This document shows positions 7,608 to 10,812 of a stretch of DNA of 10,812 nucleotides, piece by piece. This DNA is from an uncultured cyanobacterium (lineage in GTDB: Bacteria > Cyanobacteriota > Cyanobacteriia > Cyanobacteriales > Microcystaceae). The notes under the pieces are model-generated. The model made no database searches and was not told the origin of the DNA. It saw only the letters and a list, made by a program, of their open reading frames with translations. The position numbers and the translations under genes were made by a program. The stretch is from positions 1 through 10,812 of the forward strand of contig CAWEDJ010000107.1 in the NCBI GenBank assembly GCA_963807635.1, written 5' to 3'. The stretch's first letter is position 1; every line of letters starts with the position of its first letter.

Positions 7608-7909
7608 TGAGTCTCAATGATTTGCCAGGAGCCGAGATAATATTACCTGGATTAAGTGATCTTCACAATGGTGAGTCCAATACAATTGGAGCTTTACTAG
7701 TTGCGATCGCAGTAACACGCTTAACTGAAGCAGGTTTAGATATTCCCAAAGATCACCTAGCCTCAGAGCCAGAGCTAACTTTGTATGCTCGTCTCCAAGA
7801 CGAACGAGATGATGCTTATCCTTACTATAATGCTTTACTGAATCGCCTTAATAGCTTTTGTAATGCACTTGAACTCAGGTATCAATATAAGCCGTCTAAC
7901 AATGCGTAA
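7607..7909 (+). CDS. Hypothetical 100-aa, probably helical protein translationally coupled to the nucleotidyltransferase
   Basis: TAATG stop/start overlap at 7605-7609 with GGAGGAG upstream. Acidic, amphipathic sequence (PELTLYARL, YYNALLNRLNSFCNALE). Confidence 0.75.
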   Translation: MSLNDLPGAEIILPGLSDLHNGESNTIGALLVAIAVTRLTEAGLDIPKDHLASEPELTLYARLQDERDDAYPYYNALLNRLNSFCNALELRYQYKPSNNA

Positions 7910-7952
7910 CAATGCGTTGGAATCAATTTTTGGAGTATTATTTTCAAAGTCG

Positions 7953-7992
7953 TTTGAAGTCGGGGATTTTTGTTTTTTATTTAAGGAATTTG
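7953..7992. repeat. Direct repeat, right copy; overlaps the last codons of the GH57 gene
   Basis: TTTGAAGTCGGGGATTTTTGTTTTTTATTTAAGGAATTTG. The segment TTAAGGAATTTG is the reverse complement of CAA-ATT-CCT-TAA (Q-I-P-stop). Confidence 0.9.
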
Positions 7993-10246
7993 TACCAGAA
8001 TCAAATTATCTTCGGGAAGATAACTATGAAATTCTCCTTGATCTGCCAGCATTGCGATGAGATGGAAAGTCGTGTTGGGTTCTTGGTGTAAATCAGACCA
8101 GGGAAGAGCCAGTTCTAAACATTCATTAAAGGCAACTTGAGCTTGGGTATGGCGGGGATGCCAAACAAAGGGAGCCGCAACTTCTTCTAACCAAACTGAT
8201 TTATTCAGTAAATTAATACCCAAATGGTGATGAAAATAGTAATTCACAATCGGTTCGTCGGGGAGTCCTGCGATCGCGGCTGGGCTATTGGGACGGGGGC
8301 TACCAGGGTAATACCAAAATAAATGAAGCTCATTGGGGGTATTCGGTTTGAGGTCAAGGTTGGTTTTAAAGTCTGCTCTAAAATTTAATCGACAATAAAA
8401 ATTTTGATGATTTACCCCATAGTAAAGTCGCTGAACTAAGGTGTTTTGGTGCATCGTTCCCTTTGCGCCACCGATTTCAATTTGTCCCGCTTTTTCCCAT
8501 TCTTCTTCCTCACCAATGCCATTAATAATCGGTTGAATAAAGGCTTCAGGTTGTTGAAAGGCTTTTTTAGGATATTTTTCTAGGGGTTGATAAAGATAAT
8601 TGGGAATCGGTTCATTCAGAGCGCGATAGAGAGTGCAGAGATGTTCTCGAAAAAGTTGATCAAAGATTTCATCCTGATGACTGGAATGACCTTCGCCAAA
8701 CCACCAAAACCAATCTGAACCTTCGGCGGCATAAAGAGCTTCCCAAACTTCGGGGTTATTGTCTTCGGTAGCTTCGGGATGATTTGCTAATACCTGACGG
8801 GCATCAATCAGATAATCCCAAGCTTTATTTTTAATGGGATCACCAATCCAAGTTTTCAATGTTCCGTCAATCCAGGAACCTGTATGCAGGTGATCGCGGG
8901 GAATGGTGTGGGTGGGAGGAAATTGGTCTAGAAATTCGGAGACGGTAACCAGTTTAAATTGATCGGTATGGCTAAATTGTTCATAAAGACGAGTCAGAAA
9001 GGGTAAGCCGTCCTGGGCATAATTTTCCCAACAATTTTCACCATCTAGGGCAATGGTCACCAGCCAGGGTTGTTGGAGATGGGTTTTACTCGTCAAACTT
9101 TCTCGTTGCGCCAGGGAAGCCGCGATCGTCTCCAAATGACCCAGCAAATCCTGAACCGCTTTTTCAACAGACATTCCACTATAGGTAAAACCAATTAAAT
9201 CCGAAAGTCGATGGTCACGAAAAACGATTCCTAAATCTCCATCAGGAGTTTCCAAGCGATAGGGTTGATAAAGTAACTCTGGTTCGGTTAAATTCCCTGT
9301 TTCGTCTCGATGAAAAAAATGCTGTAAAGTGCAAGCCAAAACCATTTCATCAGAACAAAGCCACTTAAACCTTGCCTGAGCAACATCCGCTAAAATTGCA
9401 GGACTCACCGCCTGTTCCGACGGGCCAAAGTCCCCTAGCCTCACAACCAAAGCGATCGCGATAAATAGCCTTAGCTTTTTGCAAATGGCGAGCAATATCC
9501 TCTGACCAACAAAAACGAGGTTCAGGTAACTTCATTTTGGGAACCGCAACCCGCCCCGCAGTGGTATCCGCTAATAGAGGTAAAATCGGGTGACTATAGG
9601 GACTAGTGGTGATTTCCAGTTGTCCCGCTTCCTGCATTCGTCGATGTTGGGGAATAATTCGTTGAATAATTTGTCGTTGTTTGGCAATGATTCGTTGGCG
9701 ATCGCTGAGAGAAAAAATTTTACCCTGTTTTCCCCAAGCCTGTAATTCTTCATCATCTTGCCAAAAAAGCGGATCAATCCAAGCCAGATTATGCCAAGCC
9801 ATCAAATCACAGTAATCCTGGATCGTCCAATTTTCTAAACACCAAGTTATCCCTTCTGTGTGGCGTTGTTCGTAGAGTTCTTGATAACGGGGATGGGGCG
9901 CAATTAAGGTGCGATGGTGAGCATTGAAAAAATATTCCAGAATTTTTAAACGATGTTCCGTCGTAATCTGCGATTCTGGCGTGATGGTTAACGCTAAATA
10001 GGGATCAATCGCGTTTCCTGCGGCATAATCCTCTAATTGTAAAATCAGAGAAGGAACCAGATTAACCGTTTGATGCAATTTTGGGTAACGTTTTAGCAAC
10101 AACACCAAATCCAAATAATCCTTTGTCCCATGCAACCGCACCCAGGGAAGGCGATAATTACCCGCCTCATTTCCCAAGGATTGATTAGATTTATACAGGG
10201 GTTGATGCTGATGCCAAATAAAGGCAATATAGAGCGGATAGGACAT
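7981..10246 (-). CDS. Glycoside hydrolase family 57 (amylopullulanase/alpha-amylase-like, ~754 aa when repaired), 1-nt insertion at ~9422-9424
   Basis: GH57 conserved regions WHQHQPLY, LPWVRLHGTKDY, EITTSPYSHPILPLL, GLWPSEQ (nucleophile Glu, split by the frameshift: TGG-CCC-G-TCG-GAA), IALDGENCWE (acid/base Asp), GSWIDG...WIG and AEGSDWFWWFG. Confidence 0.93.
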
Positions 10247-10279
10247 AAAATCACAATTCTGAAGATGAAAATAATGATA

Positions 10280-10503
10280 TCAATTGAACTCATCACTTTG
10301 AACACTAACGGATAGACACATTTTTAAATCGGTTAATCCCTTTGCAATCAAACCAGCAATATTGGGTCTATCGGGATAAACAGCTAGTTTTCGCTCGGAA
10401 GGAAGAATCACTAAATCCATATCTTCCATCAGAACCGCTCTGAATAAGACCGAATCCCCCCCAACTAAAGCCCCAACAAAAGCAAGATGAAGGCTAAACC
10501 CAT
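10280..10503 (-). pseudogene. Internally deleted clan AA aspartic protease-like gene remnant
   Basis: The minus frame from 10483 reads AFVGALVGGDSVLFRAVLMEDMDLVILPSERKLAVYPDRPNIAGLIAK, resembling the C-terminus (GALV.GD..LLG.IPMEDMDLV..P...V.P..PNIA) of small clan AA aspartic proteases. An out-of-frame ATG-GGT-TTA (MGL, a usual N-terminus) sits only 20 nt upstream. The catalytic DTG region is absent. Confidence 0.6.
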
Positions 10504-10812
10504 ATTTTTAACCGTAATCATAGAAGACAAAACTGAATCGCTCTTGTAACTATGTATTGAAAGTATTGAAAATGCGATCCCGCTTTAAACCTTATTCTGA
10601 ATTGCAAGCATCATAATACGGAAGGAAAGACAGGCCGCAGAATATAAACAAAAACTCTGAACGCAATAATGACCCCTTAGTCTTTATCGATAAAACTATA
10701 GAGGAAGGTACCCGTTTCACCGACCATCGAGACCCTTAATAAACTAAAAGCGCGCCCTATAACCCCCCTCCATCATCCTCAAACCATAAATAATTGCTTA
10801 AAGCCTAACCAA

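Larger units (their letters stand above)
11..9705. repeat. HIP1 octamer GCGATCGC, dispersed (12 perfect copies)
   Basis: Copies start at 11, 1781, 1991, 2059, 4475, 4858, 5228, 6245, 7703, 8270, 9452 and 9698. This over-representation is a hallmark of cyanobacterial genomes. Confidence 0.92.

Noticed and set aside
6824..7992. 30-bp repeat as a CRISPR repeat
   Set aside because: Only two copies, 1.1 kb apart, with genes between them and no cas genes.
6677..8060. ORFs 6677..6862, 7276..7473 and 7863..8060
   Set aside because: They overlap better-supported genes. The shared peptide FEVGDFCFLF in two of them merely reflects the DNA direct repeat.
9365..9495. Two separate GH57 genes
   Set aside because: The WPSE catalytic motif spans the junction, and removing one C joins the two frames.
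9571..10315. ORFs 9571..9777, 10093..10305 and 10130..10315
   Set aside because: Alternative-frame or antisense overlaps of GH57.
10553..10812. Possible gene fragment and GTATTGAAA x2 repeat at the window end
   Set aside because: The frames I translated contain stops and no recognisable protein. The short AT-rich repeat may be chance, and sequence quality at the edge is doubtful.

Overview
Cyanobacterial chromosomal segment: 12 perfect HIP1 GCGATCGC sites, a beta-carboxysome ccmK and an ApcE-type linker domain. Left to right it holds a DUF29 gene (-, several frameshifts), a chimeric gene joining an N-terminal transmembrane hairpin to the C-terminal REP domain of the phycobilisome anchor ApcE (-, one internal TAA), a small membrane-protein gene (-), recA (-, 1-nt deletion), an M16 zinc peptidase (+) and a YacP/Rae1-type NYN nuclease (+). 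An 890-bp intergenic region then carries a 150-bp TA-flanked MITE-like element and a candidate ~90-nt sRNA. After it come a 68-aa ORF with a stand-alone ccmK1/2-type gene (+), a ~1.1-kb insert bounded by direct repeats that encodes a DUF6036-like nucleotidyltransferase and a coupled 100-aa partner (+), a GH57 glycoside hydrolase (-, 1-nt insertion) and an internally deleted aspartic-protease remnant (-). Single-base indels in four unrelated genes, including recA, suggest unpolished long-read sequence rather than real decay. The most interesting elements are the membrane-anchored ApcE-REP fusion, the repeat-flanked nucleotidyltransferase/partner cassette and the sRNA/small ORF/satellite ccmK region. 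Family assignments come from motif recognition; no database searches were run.
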